A model generated the notes under the pieces. It did no database searches, was not told where the DNA came from, and saw nothing but the letters and a program-made list of their open reading frames with translations. Below, piece after piece: positions 37,970-39,477 of a DNA stretch of 39,477 nucleotides; the first letter of the stretch is position 1; each line of letters starts with the position of its first letter. Origin of the DNA: Salpingoeca rosetta. Its lineage: Eukaryota; Protista; Choanoflagellata. The DNA is taken from the NCBI GenBank assembly GCA_033442325.1, contig JAWQFM010000004.1, positions 1 to 39,477 of the forward strand. Direction: 5' to 3'. Made by a program: the position numbers and the translations under genes.

Positions 37970-39216
37970 CAAGGATGTCTGTCACTTTCACCCAGTAGCC
38001 ACGACTAATGCATGCAGTTTACACTTTTCTCAACACTACCTTTTCAACCCCCCCCCCCCCAGGCAACGCGCCAACAGCGGGCTGGTGATGGCGCTGCATC
38101 CGCGCTTGGAGCAGCGCAACCTGGTGGCGTTCCTGGACGCCAACAACCTGGAGACGGGCCTCAACTTCAAGTTGTCGTTCATGACGGCGATTGGGCTGAG
38201 TCTGGTGGTGTGCCCCATCGCGTCTGCTGCCACCATCATGCAGATGAGGCAGCTGCAGCACAGCGACTACTGCGACAACGTGCTGCTGGAGTGGATGACG
38301 ATGCTGGCGCTGCACGAGTTCCAGCGGGCGCACGAGGAAGATGAGGAGCAGCAACATGCCAAGATCCGCCTTCGCCGTGTCGTGCCCGTGATTGTTGGCA
38401 GCGCGTGGCACAATGTGAACGATAGCAGCAGCATGAGCAGGGCCGAGGTGAGCGAGTACGACTCGTTTGACCGCCTGAAGCGGCTGGCGATGACGTTGCC
38501 TGATGTTGTAAGCAAGGAGACAGCCGTAGCGCTGGACCAGTATTTCACGCAGGTGCTACACTTGCCACCGCCACAGCAGCACAAGAGTGTACGTGAGACT
38601 GTGTTGTCACTGTTTGACATTGACGCGGTGGTTGCTTTGAATGCTGTTGTGGACCGCACGTCACAGCTGCGCGACATTGCAGAGAAGGTGCGCCAGGTTG
38701 CCGTCTCTGCCAGAAGCGACGAACAAACAACGCAGGAAGCAGGCACAGCACGTCGATCCACGCAGGTATGGTATTTTGTGTGTGTGTGTGTATGTGTATG
38801 TGTGTGTGTGTGCGCGCGTCCATGCCTGCAGGCGCATCCCTGGCAGCTTGGCGTTCACACTCTGTTTCACCCACCCCTTTCACCCACATATCCAGCAGTC
38901 CTCCTTGTCGCTCTCGTCCACCACCGCGACAACTCCTGCTCCACCGCCACCCGCCACCCCATCTTCCTCCTCGTCCTCCTCATTGCCATTTGAGCCAGAT
39001 CTCGTTCAATGGCTCAACCGCCACTCGCTGCTGCCGCACGTCGAGTCCGCCCTGGTGGAGCACGGCATCGACTGCCTGGAGGTGCTAGTCGTGTCTGTTC
39101 ATGAGGATTTGCTCACGATGCAAATGTTGAAAGGTGCGGGTGTGAGAGTGGGCCACGCAGTCAAGCTGGTGCGAGAGGCAATGAAGTGTTATGTGGACGC
39201 AAGCTCAGCGTATTAG
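31940..39216 (+). CDS. ROCO-family protein LRR(6)-ankyrin-Roc GTPase-COR-TIR-SAM, ~1473 aa. Exons 31940-32070, 32364-32447, 32599-32682, 32885-32968, 33150-33233, 33586-33669, 33886-33963, 34081-34240, 34373-34471, 34581-34754, 34935-35165, 35326-35840, 36207-37796, 38063-38765, 38896-39216
   Basis: All 14 introns are GT-AG and phases agree, giving 4422 nt of open frame from ATG to TAG (assuming no exon is hidden in gap 36038-36137). Ribonuclease-inhibitor-type LRRs ([23 protein letters not shown]); ankyrin GDTPLHVAC; P-loop GQGRAGKT; [16 protein letters not shown]; VLIVGTFAD; COR motifs [20 protein letters not shown] and YLVPAIL; [12 protein letters not shown]...AFLD...DNVLLEW; SAM DLVQWL...[10 protein letters not shown]...[10 protein letters not shown]. 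Confidence 0.92.
32599..33233 (+). repeat. Tandem duplication of LRR exon plus intron cassettes (three near-identical 84-nt exons, two homologous introns; period 286 and 265 bp)
   Basis: Introns 32683-32884 and 32969-33149 align end to end, sharing gctgcgtcactg, gttgcaccttatcacgtgcaca, catgtgtggattg, caacaatcatcatcac and cataccgtcttg(a/g)cag. Confidence 0.95.
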
Positions 39217-39477
39217 CTCTTGGCCACTTGCCTCGTGGCACGCCCTTTCTTCTCTTTCACCACCGTCCATTTTGTGGCTTCTATTCTCTCCTCCAGTCCT
39301 GTCACCGTGGTGCAGTTGTTACATTTCGTCCATCACCCACTGTTCTGTTACACGCACGCCAGTTGTGGTTTCCTTCCTTGACGCTCGCTTGTGTTCCACT
39401 GCTCTGTGCTACTGCTGCTGCTGCTGCTGCTGCTGCTGTTGTTGTTGTTGTTCTTGTTCTTGTTGTTGTTTAAGTTG

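Overview
Intron-rich, (CA/TG)n-microsatellite-rich eukaryotic DNA with four N gaps. Gene style and rDNA suggest a choanoflagellate, possibly Salpingoeca; this is inferred and not database-checked. Most ORFs in the supplied track are microsatellite artefacts, so I built gene models by hand from GT-AG sites and recalled motifs. From left to right: (1) the 3' part of a GIT-family gene (ArfGAP end, ankyrin, Spa2-homology, coiled coil); (2) the 5' part of a DAGK/sphingosine-kinase-family gene cut by a gap; (3) a minus-strand rDNA unit (partial 28S, ITS2, 5.8S, ITS1, enlarged 18S, 5'ETS) with a ~12-copy spacer subrepeat array; (4) ~8 kb with no recognisable gene; (5) two intron-containing pseudogenes head-to-head (exostosin/GT47 and importin-5); (6) an intact 15-exon gene for a ~1473-aa LRR-ankyrin-Roc-COR-TIR-SAM protein. 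The last gene is the best candidate for an undescribed system. Its LRRs are 84-nt same-phase exon cassettes, duplicated with their introns and varying mainly at predicted ligand-contact positions. They are coupled to a Roc-COR GTPase switch and a SARM1-like TIR that keeps the putative catalytic Glu, which suggests a diversifying intracellular immune receptor.
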